This document shows positions 53,481 to 63,681 of a stretch of 64,000 bases of DNA, piece by piece. The DNA lies in the NCBI GenBank assembly GCA_965277285.1, contig OZ255721.1, positions 288,001 through 352,000 of the forward strand, read 5' to 3'. This DNA comes from Abditibacteriaceae bacterium. Its GTDB lineage: Bacteria > Armatimonadota > Abditibacteriia > Abditibacteriales > Abditibacteriaceae. The number at the start of each line of letters is the position of its first letter. The stretch's first letter is position 1. The translations under genes and the position numbers were made by a program. The notes under the pieces were generated by a model, which made no database searches, was not told the DNA's origin, and saw only the letters and a program-made list of their open reading frames with translations.

Positions 53481-54356
53481 GTGAAAACGATTTCTGCACG
53501 CGCCCTGCTTTTCCTTTTTCTGTGCTGGCTTTTTGCGACGAGCGATGCCACGCGAATTGTCGCGGCACCTTCTGCGGATTTCCGTCCGCCAGCGCCGCCA
53601 ACCCGCGCCCTGAATGCGTCACCAAAGAACGCGTCACCAAAGAACGCGTCACCGGCGAAAACAACATTCGCGCCGCATTCGAGTACTCGAACCGTTGCGC
53701 CATCTTCACCAACTTTCGCAGTTTCAAACGTCGCCTCGAACGCGATTCAAACGCGCCAACTCGCGCCACAGATCGTGCAAAATTTGGAACTCAACGGCGT
53801 GTGGATTGATCCTTCGCTATCACAAACCACAAACGCCGCGGCAATTGAAAAAGCGCTTCACAACGCCGATTTTTCGGTGCGCGTCCTGATTGCGCGCCGT
53901 TTGCCGCCCAATGTCCAAAACGTTGATGCTCTGGCCGAAATGGTTCATCAACAATTGAAAATGAACGATGGCCTGGCGATTGTCGCTACCAGCGACGACG
54001 CGCAACTGGGCATTTACGGAGGCGATTTGAACGCGGCCACGCGCCGCCAGATCGTTCTCGATGGCGCGCAAACTTGGACGCAGGAAGGTTACGCGGCAGG
54101 CGTCGCGCAAACCTTGCGACTGACGGCTTACGAACGAAAGTTGCAAGCCTGGTCGCGCTTCTGGCGCATCGTTTTGCCAGGCACAATCGGCGTTTTGTGC
54201 CTGCTCGCGGCGTTTGCCATTTGGCTGCGCCGCAAACTCAAACATCGCGCCCGCCGCGTCCTCTCCAAAAGCCTGCCAACCACCATTCCCGTCTTGAACG
54301 ACGACGCAACGCCCATTGAAACTCCGGTTGAATCTTCCACAGTCGAGGCGGTTTGA
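53481..54356 (+). CDS. Exported membrane-anchored protein (TPM-domain-like)
   Basis: Signal peptide, Pro/Ser linker, globular domain, C-terminal TM helix followed by RRKLK. Confidence 0.6.
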   Translation: MKTISARALLFLFLCWLFATSDATRIVAAPSADFRPPAPPTRALNASPKNASPKNASPAKTTFAPHSSTRTVAPSSPTFAVSNVASNAIQTRQLAPQIVQNLELNGVWIDPSLSQTTNAAAIEKALHNADFSVRVLIARRLPPNVQNVDALAEMVHQQLKMNDGLAIVATSDDAQLGIYGGDLNAATRRQIVLDGAQTWTQEGYAAGVAQTLRLTAYERKLQAWSRFWRIVLPGTIGVLCLLAAFAIWLRRKLKHRARRVLSKSLPTTIPVLNDDATPIETPVESSTVEAV

Positions 54357-54382
54357 GTTAATGAAACCATAGGAAATCTGAT

Positions 54383-54826
54383 ATGAAAATTCTCGCTTTG
54401 CTGCTGCTGGGAACATTGGCGGGCAACGAACTCGCGGTGGGCGCTTTCGTGCATCCGGCTTTATCGCGTTTGCCGGATGCACAACACGCAGCGGCTGCGC
54501 AAGGATTGGCGCGCATTTACGGGAAAGTCGGGCCTTTCTGGTACGCCGCAACGCTGCTCGTCCTGATTTTTGTCGCGTGGCGCACGTCGGCAAACGGCGC
54601 GGCCAAACTCGCATTGATCGCTTCTGCCGCATTGGTCGCCATTTCGATTGTTTTCACGATTGTCGGCCCCGTCCCGATCAACAACCGCGTCGCGGCCTGG
54701 AATCTCGATGATCTGCCGCCAAATTGGAAAGCTGACCGTGTTCGCTGGGACAAACTTCACGCCATTCGCGTCGTGATATTGCTTGTTTCGCTGATTGCTC
54801 TGGCTTTCGGCGCCACGCGAAAATAG
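54383..54826 (+). CDS. DUF1772 family membrane protein
   Basis: Four TM helices; VPINNR...W...R.RW...H..R. Confidence 0.8.
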   Translation: MKILALLLLGTLAGNELAVGAFVHPALSRLPDAQHAAAAQGLARIYGKVGPFWYAATLLVLIFVAWRTSANGAAKLALIASAALVAISIVFTIVGPVPINNRVAAWNLDDLPPNWKADRVRWDKLHAIRVVILLVSLIALAFGATRK

Positions 54827-54865
54827 CTGTAAATTTGGGCAATTTGTCAGCAGTTTGCCCGTTTT

Positions 54866-55477
54866 GAGTACTCGATTCTTTAATCCATGCCTTCCAAAAC
54901 CACAATTCCAACATCAAACGACGATGCACCGCCCTTGGAAACTCCGGTTGCATCTTTCACTGTGGGAGCAATTTGATGAACAATTTCCTCTACTGGTTCA
55001 CGATACTTCTTTTGATGAGCGCGAAGTCGGGAATTGAGCGCATCCTAACTTTGTTGTGAAGCCTCCATTGATGACTCCCCATTCACCGAGACCATTGAGT
55101 GGAATAGAAATGTAGATAACGCTGGCATCGGAACTGACAGCATTGTAAGAAACTTTCGTCCCATCGTTGATAATAGTAACTCGATGTTCTCCAAGGGTTC
55201 GATGATCGTGGTCTGCAAGCACTAAATACCCAGGGTCGTTAAAAAGGTGCGCTTCATTCGGTAGAGCGATGAAGACACAATCGCTTTCCCACTGACCGAC
55301 AGTTGCTGTGTAGTCCTCAGCAACCTTAGCAAGAAGCATAAAGCCAAGATGTTCTTGCAATGCATTTGATAATTTGGTCATGGCACGATTAAATGATGCT
55401 CTTACTAATTACATCGAAGCCGTAAACAGAATCGAGTACTCGATATTCAATCCATCCCTTCCAAAACCACAATTCCA
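54866..55477. mobile_element. About 570-bp insertion flanked by about 45-bp direct repeats that begin at the palindrome
   Basis: 54866-54910 gagtactcgattctttaatccatgccttccaaaaccacaattcca vs 55434-55477 gagtactcgatattcaatccatcccttccaaaaccacaattcca. Confidence 0.7.
54998..55381 (-). CDS. Hypothetical protein (cargo of the insertion)
   Basis: 127 aa, AT-richer. Confidence 0.55.
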   Translation of the reverse strand: MTKLSNALQEHLGFMLLAKVAEDYTATVGQWESDCVFIALPNEAHLFNDPGYLVLADHDHRTLGEHRVTIINDGTKVSYNAVSSDASVIYISIPLNGLGEWGVINGGFTTKLGCAQFPTSRSSKEVS

Positions 55478-57003
55478 TCGCGGATGTGGAAACTGATGCG
55501 CGAAGGTTCCCAATTGGGCGCGACGCGGCGATGAAAATTGCGGTCATTGGTGACGACGCTGGCGCCGCTTCCTCGCGCTTCGCGGGCTAAAATGTCGTCG
55601 GCTTCAGTTCCGGCAATCACAATTTCCAGTTCGCCGCGCCGCGCCATTTCCTTGAGTTCATCGGGTTCGTCGATGTTGTGTGGCAAAGACGCATCGGCGT
55701 AAAACAAAATCGGAAAGCAATCGTAGCGGCGCAATTCTTCGCGCATCGTGATCAAATGCTGAAATTGGCCGCGTCCGCGGCTGTCTTTTTCGTAGCGCGC
55801 GACGTTGCTCGCATCGACCAGAACGCGCGTCGTGGCGCCGTGCAGTACGCGAACGTAATAGCGCCCGACTTCGCGCACGCCGGACAGAAAACGCTTCGCC
55901 AGTTCTTCGTTGTTGTCGCGCAAGGTTTCGATGTCGCGCGACAAGGCCGCCACCCAAATTTCGTCGTTTTTGTCGATGCGCTCTTTGGCTTCGCGCGGCG
56001 AAACACGAACTTCGCGTTGCTCGCTTTTCCAGACGAAAACTTCATCGCGCCCGAACAACGGCTTGGGCGGACGCGGCGGTTTTTTGGGCTTGGCGGGTTT
56101 TGCCGCAACCACCGGAACTTCGGGCATGATTGTGGGCGTTGGTTCTTCGACCTGGTTTTGTTCCTCGATTTGCGCTTGCAATTGCGCCAGATGGCGGCGC
56201 GTTTCTTCCTGCAACAGTTGGCCTTGCCGCACCAAACGCTTCAAGCGCTTGATTTCCAGACTTTGCTCTTCGATTTCTTTTTCGTAGCCGCGTGCGCGCC
56301 GCGCCTCGCGCTCAAAGTTTTTCTGCGCTTCGCTCAACTTGTTTTGCGCTTCGCTGTCGCGCTTGGCGCTTTGATGCGTTTGCTGCTCGCGTTCGCGTTG
56401 CGCGCGTTGAAGTTCGTTGCGCAACGCATCATTTTCGCGCCGCAGTTGAATGCCGCTTTGTTCGGCGGCTTGCGCGCGCTGTCGCCATTCTTCACTTTGC
56501 TTTTGCAATTGCGCGCTTTCGTCAGAAGGCGTTTTTGGCGCTTCTCTCGGTGTTTCGAGTACTCGATTGTCGGTTTTCGTCTCGTTCTCTTCAGGAATTG
56601 AAAAACGACCGTCGAAATAAACGGTGAGCAGCAAATGGTCAAAGCCGAACTGTTCGATCAATTGCGAGTTCTGCACTTGAAATGCTTCTTCGTTTTCGAT
56701 GAGCGCGAGCACTTCCACAACGTTTTTACCAGCGTTTTCGCGCCACCATTGCGCTAAAGCGTCGCGCGTGGTGGCTTCTTTTTCCAGATGCGCTTTCAGG
56801 CGCGAACGCACCAAAGGTTGTGTCAAAGCGCGCGGCGATTGTTGGAAACCGCGCGCGATTTCCTGGCGCAAGCCAAATTGTTCGTCTTCGCGCAACCAAG
56901 CCCACAAATCGCGTTGCGAAACGGCGCGAAAAAACGCCGCGAAAACAATCTCCGGCCAAGCGGCGGAAATCGGTTCTTCGGTATTTTCGTTGGCATCGTT
57001 CAT
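55447..57003 (-). CDS. Coiled-coil protein with a C-terminal NYN/PIN (Zc3h12a-like) ribonuclease domain
   Basis: VLVDASNVA, YADASL, AGTEADD, VVTNDRNF acidic motifs after a long coiled coil. Confidence 0.75.
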   Translation of the reverse strand: MNDANENTEEPISAAWPEIVFAAFFRAVSQRDLWAWLREDEQFGLRQEIARGFQQSPRALTQPLVRSRLKAHLEKEATTRDALAQWWRENAGKNVVEVLALIENEEAFQVQNSQLIEQFGFDHLLLTVYFDGRFSIPEENETKTDNRVLETPREAPKTPSDESAQLQKQSEEWRQRAQAAEQSGIQLRRENDALRNELQRAQREREQQTHQSAKRDSEAQNKLSEAQKNFEREARRARGYEKEIEEQSLEIKRLKRLVRQGQLLQEETRRHLAQLQAQIEEQNQVEEPTPTIMPEVPVVAAKPAKPKKPPRPPKPLFGRDEVFVWKSEQREVRVSPREAKERIDKNDEIWVAALSRDIETLRDNNEELAKRFLSGVREVGRYYVRVLHGATTRVLVDASNVARYEKDSRGRGQFQHLITMREELRRYDCFPILFYADASLPHNIDEPDELKEMARRGELEIVIAGTEADDILAREARGSGASVVTNDRNFHRRVAPNWEPSRISFHIRDGIVVLEGMD

Positions 57004-57027
57004 GGAATCGAGTACTCGATAAGGAAA

Positions 57028-57100
57028 CCAGAACCCCGAACGTAAGTGAGGGGCTGAGGTAACTGCGATTTCAGCCCCTCACTTACGTTCGGGGTTCTGG
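57028..57100. repeat. REP-like hairpin (29805 family)
   Basis: ccagaaccccgaacgtaagtgaggggctga ... tcagcccctcacttacgttcggggttctgg. Confidence 0.85.
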
Positions 57101-57119
57101 ACTTGGACGCATCAACTAA

Positions 57120-57148
57120 AACGCCCGCATCGAGAAAATGCGGGCGTT
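57120..57148 (-). terminator. Intrinsic terminator after acnA
   Basis: aacgcccgcat-cgagaaa-atgcgggcgtt, with a short U-tract on the minus strand. Confidence 0.7.
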
Positions 57149-57165
57149 GTCAACAAAACTTCTGA

Positions 57166-60081
57166 TTAAACCGCCGCGACTTCGATAGTTTGCGCGGTTT
57201 TGGAGCTGGCAACGAGTTCGCGCAGAACATATTGCAAAATGCCGCCGTGCCGGTAATATTCGATTTCAATCGGCGTATCGATGCGCGATTGAACCTGCAC
57301 CTGGAAAGTTTGTCCGTTCGCGCGGCGCACAACGAGTATCAAATCTTGGCGCGGCTTCATGCCTTCCAGCCCCAAAATATCGAAAGTTTCAGTGCCCGTC
57401 AAACCCAGTGCCGAAGCCGTAATGCTGTCCTTGAACTGACACGGCAAAACGCCCATTCCGACCAGGTTGGAACGATGAATGCGCTCGAAACTTTGCGCGA
57501 TGACGGCACGCACGCCCAGCAAACGCGTGCCTTTGGCCGCCCAGTCGCGCGAACTTCCCGTGCCATATTCCTGACCGGCGATGACGATAAGCGGAACATC
57601 GGCAGCGGCATATTTCACCGACGCGTCGTAAATGCTCATCTGTTCGCCTTCGGGCTGATGAATCGTCACGCCGCCTTCGACGCCGGGAACCATCAGGTTT
57701 TTGATGCGCACGTTGGCGAAAGTGCCGCGCGTCATCACGCGGTCGTTGCCGCGCCGCGAACCATACGAGTTGAAATCTTGCGGGCGCACGCCTTTTTGCT
57801 GAAGGTAAAGTCCGGCCGGCGAATCGGCTTTGATCGCTCCAGCTGGCGAAATGTGATCGGTTGTGACGGAATCGCCGAAAATCGCCAGAGGGCGCGCGTA
57901 GCGAATATCGTGTACTCGATCCGCGTCCATGCTCATGTCGGTGAAAAACGGCGGCTGCTGGATATACGTCGAGTTTTTGTCCCACGCATAAACATTGCCG
58001 CTCGAAGACGGAACTTCGTTCCACAGCGGGTTCTGGCCTTCAAAATCCGAATACAAGCGTTCAAAGGTCGCGGCATCGAAGGCTTGCATCAACAAATCGC
58101 GGACTTCTTCCTGCGTCGGCCAGATGTCGCGCAGCATGATTTCGCGCCCGCCGCGCCCAAAGCCAATCGGTTCTCGGCTCATGTCGATGTCAACTGTTCC
58201 GGCCAGCGCGAACGCGACCACCAACGGCGGCGACATCAGGAAGTTCGCTTTCACGTTTTGATGCACGCGCGCTTCAAAGTTGCGATTGCCGGAAAGCACG
58301 CTGGCGACTACCAGATCGTTGCTCGTCACGGCTTCTTCGATGCGCGGATCAAGCGGGCCAGAGTTGCCGATGCAAGTCGTGCAACCGTAACCGACAGTTT
58401 GAAAACCCAGTTTATCCAGCGATTTGCTCAAGCCGGTTTTGTCCAGATAGTCGGTGACGACGCGCGAGCCGGGCGCCAAACTCGTCTTGACATAAGACGG
58501 CACTGCCAAACCCAATTCGAGAGCTTTTTGCGCCAACAAACCCGCCGCCAGCATGACGCTGGGATTCGATGTGTTGGTGCAACTTGTGATGGCGGCGATC
58601 ACGACATCGGCGTGACCGATTTCAACGGCGCCGCGCGCGAATTCGTCCAAAGGTACGCGCTCAACGCGGTCGGGCGTCGGGCGGTTGTTCATCATTTCTT
58701 CTTCGGTCGTCGGGTTGGTGTTTTTGGTCGAAGTTTCGGCTTCAAAGCGCACGCGCTTGGGCAACGTTTCGGGGTCTTGTTCGCCGCCGCCTGCTAAAGG
58801 TTTGCCCGGATGCGCGTGGAAACTCATCTTGGTCTGAAAACGCTGCTCCAAATCTTCCATCGTTTTCTGGTAGCCGCCTTCATAAACTGGCTGCTCGAAA
58901 AGTTCGCGGAACTTTCCCTTCAAATCCGACAGGTTGATGCGATCTTGCGGACGCTTCGGGCCAGCGACGCTGGGCGTCACGTCTTCCAGGTTCAATTCCA
59001 GCAGATTCGAGTACTCGATCTCGCCTTTTTGCGGCATTCCGAACAAGCCCTGCGCCTGGAAATAATTGCGAAACGCCGCGACCTGCGCTGGCGTGCGTCC
59101 GGTATCCGCCAGATATTTGCAGGATTCTTCATCGACGGGAAAAAAGCCCATCGTCGCGCCATATTCGGGCGCCATGTTCGCTATCGTGGCGCGGTCGGGC
59201 AACGTCAAAGAAGCGGCGCCTTCGCCATGAAACTCGACGAACTTGCCGACGACTTTCTGACGCCGCAAGATTTCCGTGATGTAGAGCGCCAGATCGGTCG
59301 CTGTCACGCCTTCTTTCAAGCTGCCCGAAAGATGCACGCCGACGACATCGGGCGTCAGGAAATAAACCGGTTGCCCGAGCATTCCGGCTTCGGCTTCGAT
59401 GCCGCCGACGCCCCAGCCGACAATGCCCAAACCGTTAATCATCGTGGTGTGACTGTCGGTTCCGACCAGCGTATCGGGATAATAAACGCCATCTTTTTCG
59501 AGCACGCCTTTGGCCAGATATTCCAAGTTCACCTGGTGCACGATGCCGATGCCGGGCGGCACCACTTTGAAACTTTCAAAGGCTTGCATGCCCCATTTGA
59601 GGAACTGATAGCGCGCTGCGTTGCGTCTGAACTCGATTTCCATATTCAGCATCAAGGCGTTCGGCACGCTGGAATAATCGACTTGCACGGAGTGATCGAC
59701 CACTAAATCGACGGGCACCAGCGGTTCGATGATTTTCGGATCGGCGCCAAAACGCGCCGACGCCGAACGCATCGCGGCCAAATCGACGAGCAGGGGAACG
59801 CCGGTGAAATCCTGCAACACGATGCGCGCCACGACGAAGGGAATTTCTTCGGTGCGCTCCTGAATGGGCTGCCAGTTGGCCAATGTGCGCACATCGTTTT
59901 CTTCGACTTTTTTGCCGTCGCAGTTGCGCAAAACGCTTTCGAGGACGATGCGAATGGAAACCGGCAGTTTGGAAATCGGCCCGACGCCAGCTTTTTCCAG
60001 TTGGGGAAGCGAGTAGAAATGCGCGTCTCGTCCGTGTCCGGTGTCGAAGGTTTGCAAGGAATCAAAGAGATTATGGGACAT
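57166..60081 (-). CDS. acnA: Aconitate hydratase A
   Basis: Start MSHNLF at 60081; [49 protein letters not shown]. Confidence 0.96.
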   Translation of the reverse strand: MSHNLFDSLQTFDTGHGRDAHFYSLPQLEKAGVGPISKLPVSIRIVLESVLRNCDGKKVEENDVRTLANWQPIQERTEEIPFVVARIVLQDFTGVPLLVDLAAMRSASARFGADPKIIEPLVPVDLVVDHSVQVDYSSVPNALMLNMEIEFRRNAARYQFLKWGMQAFESFKVVPPGIGIVHQVNLEYLAKGVLEKDGVYYPDTLVGTDSHTTMINGLGIVGWGVGGIEAEAGMLGQPVYFLTPDVVGVHLSGSLKEGVTATDLALYITEILRRQKVVGKFVEFHGEGAASLTLPDRATIANMAPEYGATMGFFPVDEESCKYLADTGRTPAQVAAFRNYFQAQGLFGMPQKGEIEYSNLLELNLEDVTPSVAGPKRPQDRINLSDLKGKFRELFEQPVYEGGYQKTMEDLEQRFQTKMSFHAHPGKPLAGGGEQDPETLPKRVRFEAETSTKNTNPTTEEEMMNNRPTPDRVERVPLDEFARGAVEIGHADVVIAAITSCTNTSNPSVMLAAGLLAQKALELGLAVPSYVKTSLAPGSRVVTDYLDKTGLSKSLDKLGFQTVGYGCTTCIGNSGPLDPRIEEAVTSNDLVVASVLSGNRNFEARVHQNVKANFLMSPPLVVAFALAGTVDIDMSREPIGFGRGGREIMLRDIWPTQEEVRDLLMQAFDAATFERLYSDFEGQNPLWNEVPSSSGNVYAWDKNSTYIQQPPFFTDMSMDADRVHDIRYARPLAIFGDSVTTDHISPAGAIKADSPAGLYLQQKGVRPQDFNSYGSRRGNDRVMTRGTFANVRIKNLMVPGVEGGVTIHQPEGEQMSIYDASVKYAAADVPLIVIAGQEYGTGSSRDWAAKGTRLLGVRAVIAQSFERIHRSNLVGMGVLPCQFKDSITASALGLTGTETFDILGLEGMKPRQDLILVVRRANGQTFQVQVQSRIDTPIEIEYYRHGGILQYVLRELVASSKTAQTIEVAAV

Positions 60082-60231
60082 TGTGGTCGTGAAAACTCCG
60101 TGGAAGTGAGGGTTGCCAAAACTTCGTGAGGCGTGAGGAAACAACACAGGCAGTTTATGCGCGAAGCGCCAAACGGTCAAGCAAAAACGCGAATCGAGTA
60201 CTCGATATTCCTTGCACGTTAAAATAAGCGC

Positions 60232-60606
60232 ATGACCATCGCCATCATCGGCGCGACTTCTCGCCGCTCCAAGTTCGCCAACAAAGCCGTGCGCGCCTTT
60301 CTCGAACACGGCGACACCGTAATTCCGATTCATCCCGCGCAAAGCGAAATCGAAGGCTTGCGCGTATACGCCAGCGTTCTCGATGTGCCGCAAACCATTG
60401 ATGTCGCCAACTTTTACGTGCCCGCCAACATCGGCCAACGAGTACTCGATGAGTGCGCGCAAAAAGGTATTCCGCGCGTCATCTTAAATCCAGGCGCCGC
60501 AAGTTCGGAACTGCTGCAACGCGCGCACGAGTTAAACATCGAAGCCGTGCAAGCCTGCTCCATTCGCATGATCAGCCGCGCACCAAGCGAGTTTTCGGAG
60601 GAATGA
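60232..60606 (+). CDS. CoA-binding protein (YccU-like)
   Basis: [27 protein letters not shown]. Confidence 0.88.
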   Translation: MTIAIIGATSRRSKFANKAVRAFLEHGDTVIPIHPAQSEIEGLRVYASVLDVPQTIDVANFYVPANIGQRVLDECAQKGIPRVILNPGAASSELLQRAHELNIEAVQACSIRMISRAPSEFSEE

Positions 60607-60610
60607 GAAA

Positions 60611-61288
60611 ATGGTGAACTTTGACGAAGCATTGGCGGAAGTTAGAAAGCAGCTTGGTGCAGATTGCGTCATAACATCCATCACAACGCGGCCTTATGGC
60701 TGGGTGTTTTGTTACACCTCCAGGCAACACGTTGAGACTGGCGATGAGAGATATGGATTGATCGGCAATGCGCCGTTCTTTATTTCAAAATGGGGCCAAG
60801 TAGAGAGAATATCCACAGCCACGAATTGGCCTCCTAACTTGTTTTTTAAGAACTGGGAAGCCGCTCATCCTGAATATGAATTGCCGAAATGTGAAGAAGG
60901 CTTCCTGTTGTATGACAGTGCTCTTACTTTAAGCGAAGACGATGAAAAGGAGATTATTCGCATCCTCAATACAGTTTTGTGGTACGCAATCGGCTTCAAA
61001 ACCGACGAAACGCGCTTCCAAGTCGATGGTGGGAAATGCCGTTTTCGCGTACAGCATCGCATAGGTGAAACATGGCAGAGGAGTTTGCTGGGCAACTATT
61101 ACGCTTTAATCGCTCAACGTCTCAAGCAAATGGCGAAAATCGAACCACGCGACAAAGAACATCTTGACGCTACGCAGAGCGGAACATTCCACGTCACGTT
61201 GAAAGATGAAAATTATCTCATCAAGGTCACTTCAACAATGACTGAAAACGGTGAAGAATTGCATCTCAAAACAGAACCTCAGGCGTGA
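60611..61288 (+). CDS. YrhB-like domain fused to a PilB/GspE N2-like domain (paralog 1)
   Basis: YGWVFCYTS...LIGNAPFFISK; IIRILNTVL..AI...RLKQMAKI...QSGTF. Confidence 0.65.
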   Translation: MVNFDEALAEVRKQLGADCVITSITTRPYGWVFCYTSRQHVETGDERYGLIGNAPFFISKWGQVERISTATNWPPNLFFKNWEAAHPEYELPKCEEGFLLYDSALTLSEDDEKEIIRILNTVLWYAIGFKTDETRFQVDGGKCRFRVQHRIGETWQRSLLGNYYALIAQRLKQMAKIEPRDKEHLDATQSGTFHVTLKDENYLIKVTSTMTENGEELHLKTEPQA

Positions 61289-61314
61289 CTTTAGCGGCTC
61301 AAAGCGAGGACAGC

Positions 61315-61953
61315 ATGAACTTTGACGAAGCGATGGCGAAAGTTAAGAAGCGGATCGGTGCTGATTGCAGGGTCACGAAAGTTGAAACGAAGCCTTGCGG
61401 CTGGATGTTTCATTATCAGGAAATAGATTGGAAAAATCAAAAGTCCCTCGGGCGTGGGCCAATTTTCGTTGATGTGTTTGGCGAAATGTTCCATGCGTCC
61501 AGCTTTCTTGGTGAAGACGTTTTCTACCGAGAATGGGAAGTTTTGTATTCAGAGTACAAAAGTGAATTGTGGAAATCTGATGAGCCAACGATTCTTAGCG
61601 AAGAGGAAGTACTGGGAACGATGCGTGTTATTAACACGATTTTGATGTATGCCATCAAAGACAAAGCCAGTGAAATCAGCATCAAATCGCTGCCAAACTT
61701 CTTTCATTTTATCGTTCGTTACCTCATTGATGACGAGTGGCATGATCAAATGAAGTCGCATAATTACGCTTTGATAGCCTTTCGTCTCAAGGAAATGGCA
61801 AAAATTGAACCGCGCGACAAACATGCTTCGCCTGCTCCTCAAAACGGTTCATTTGATGTGACAATGAAAGGCGAAAATTATCACGTATTTGTCACTTCAA
61901 CGCTGACTAAAAACGGTGAAGAATTGCACTTGAAACTCCAACTCGAAACCTAA
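61315..61953 (+). CDS. YrhB-like domain fused to a PilB/GspE N2-like domain (paralog 2)
   Basis: GWMFHYQ..GRGPIFVD; VINTILMYAIKDKASEISI..VRYLID..RLKEMAKI..PQNGSF..TKNGE. Confidence 0.7.
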   Translation: MNFDEAMAKVKKRIGADCRVTKVETKPCGWMFHYQEIDWKNQKSLGRGPIFVDVFGEMFHASSFLGEDVFYREWEVLYSEYKSELWKSDEPTILSEEEVLGTMRVINTILMYAIKDKASEISIKSLPNFFHFIVRYLIDDEWHDQMKSHNYALIAFRLKEMAKIEPRDKHASPAPQNGSFDVTMKGENYHVFVTSTLTKNGEELHLKLQLET

Positions 61954-61997
61954 ATTTCTTCATCGTACTTGCGCCTCCATCTGCTTCGTGCTACACT

Positions 61998-62015
61998 TTG
62001 TGAAAAGTTTCACAG
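61998..62015. promoter_or_regulatory. Rex/CRP-like operator just downstream of an extended -10 (TGcTACACT)
   Basis: TTGTGAA-aagt-TTCACAG. Confidence 0.5.
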
Positions 62016-62050
62016 AATTGTGGAATTGAGATTGAAAGGAGGTGTGGGCG

Positions 62051-63625
62051 ATGAAAGTGTTGCTGATTAATCCGTCGTATCAGACGTGGACATCGAATGT
62101 GGGCGTGGGTCATCAGGTTCCGCTGGGTTTGCTGATGGTTGGCGGGCCGCTCTTGGATGCGGGTCACGAAGTGCGTTTGTTAGACGCCGAAGAAGGGCGC
62201 TTGTCGTTGCGCAAAGTTGAGCGCGAAGTGCGCCATTGGCAGCCCGACGTGGTGATGACGGGTCACGCCGGTTCAACGCCCGCGCACCCGATTTGTCTGC
62301 AAACGTTGCGCGCCGCCAAGCGTGGGCGCAGCGATGTCATCGGTGTTTATGGCGGCGTTTTTCCGACGTATCATGCGCGCGGTATTTTGCAGCAGGAAAG
62401 TGCGGTCGATGTGATTGTGCGCGGCGAAGGCGAAGCGACAACGCTGGAGTTGATGCAAACGCTGGCGGGAAATCGAGTACTCGATGATGTGGCGGGCCTC
62501 AGTTTTCGACGTGAAACGGAGATTGTGGAAACGCCGGATCGCGCGCCGATTCGACCTTTGGATGGGTTTCGCGTTGGCTGGGAATTGATCAAGAACTGGG
62601 ACAAATATCGGTGTTTCGGTTTGGGTCGCGCGGCGATTGTGCAATGGTCGCGTGGCTGTCCGCATCATTGCACTTATTGCGGGCAGTTCGGTTTTTGGGT
62701 GAATTGGCGTCACCGCGATGTCGTCCAAATGGCGGATGAAATCGAGTGGTTGCATCGCACACACCAGATTCGGTTTTTTACATTGGCCGATGAAAACCCG
62801 ACGACGCACCGCGAAACGTGGAAGCGTTTTCTGGAAGAGATCGCGTCGCGCGATTTGCCGATTCAGTTTTTTGCGACGATTCGCGCCACCGACATCGTAC
62901 GCGACGCCGAACTTTTGCCGTTGTATCGCAAAGCGGGAATCCAATACATTTTGATGGGCATTGAAACCACCGATGAAAGCGTCTTGCAGCAGATTCGCAA
63001 AGGCTCGACGACGCGCCACGATTTCCAGGCGTGCCAATTGTTGAAGCAGAACGGCATTTTTTCGGTGATCGGCCACGTCGTCGGTTTGGGCGAAGAAAGC
63101 TGGGCTGGTTTTCGACAAACGTTGCGGCAATTGAAGTTGTACGACGGCGATTATCTCAACGCGATGTATGTCACGCCGCACAGTTGGAGCCAGTTCGCGC
63201 AGGAAGTGGCGGAAGCGCCGGTCGTGCAAACCGATCAAAGCCTGTGGGATTATCGCCATCAGATTTTGGGTCAGGAAACCTTGAAACCGTGGCAGATTTT
63301 TCTGGGCGTCAAATGGCTGGAAGTGTGTTTCCATTTGCAGCCGCGCAAAATGTGGGCGATGCTGACGATGCGCGACCGTGATTTGCGCCGCCAGACGTTG
63401 TGGACATTGTTTCATACGGCGTTGGTGTGGTTTGGCGAAATCGGTGATTTCCTTTGCCGCACCTCATTCGCACGCCATCCACAAACCTTGCGCGAAACAG
63501 TTCTCCAGCAACAAGGCGCGCCGCGCGAATCCAAGCCGAAAGCGCGATCTACTTCATGGAAGATGAACCGCCAAGACGCTAAGAGCGCCAAGAAAAGAAC
63601 TGGTTTCGAGTACTCGAATGTTTGA
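62051..63625 (+). CDS. Cobalamin-binding radical SAM enzyme (BchE-like family)
   Basis: PLGL, GGVFPT, GEGE B12-binding domain; SRGCPHHCTYC; LADEN. Confidence 0.88.
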   Translation: MKVLLINPSYQTWTSNVGVGHQVPLGLLMVGGPLLDAGHEVRLLDAEEGRLSLRKVEREVRHWQPDVVMTGHAGSTPAHPICLQTLRAAKRGRSDVIGVYGGVFPTYHARGILQQESAVDVIVRGEGEATTLELMQTLAGNRVLDDVAGLSFRRETEIVETPDRAPIRPLDGFRVGWELIKNWDKYRCFGLGRAAIVQWSRGCPHHCTYCGQFGFWVNWRHRDVVQMADEIEWLHRTHQIRFFTLADENPTTHRETWKRFLEEIASRDLPIQFFATIRATDIVRDAELLPLYRKAGIQYILMGIETTDESVLQQIRKGSTTRHDFQACQLLKQNGIFSVIGHVVGLGEESWAGFRQTLRQLKLYDGDYLNAMYVTPHSWSQFAQEVAEAPVVQTDQSLWDYRHQILGQETLKPWQIFLGVKWLEVCFHLQPRKMWAMLTMRDRDLRRQTLWTLFHTALVWFGEIGDFLCRTSFARHPQTLRETVLQQQGAPRESKPKARSTSWKMNRQDAKSAKKRTGFEYSNV

Positions 63626-63681
63626 TGAAGGCACATTCTTTGTGCAGATGCCGTCTATTCGTCGCTCATGTGGAAAGTTTT

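Noticed and set aside
22753..63592. Short degenerate CTCTGCG..CTCCGCG/GCGGTGAA-type repeats (22753, 42130, 42750, 53383, 63566)
   Set aside because: Too degenerate to delimit by eye; likely common low-complexity intergenic repeats
62051..63625. Calling this bchE and inferring phototrophy
   Set aside because: No other bch/puf genes in the window, and the family is broad
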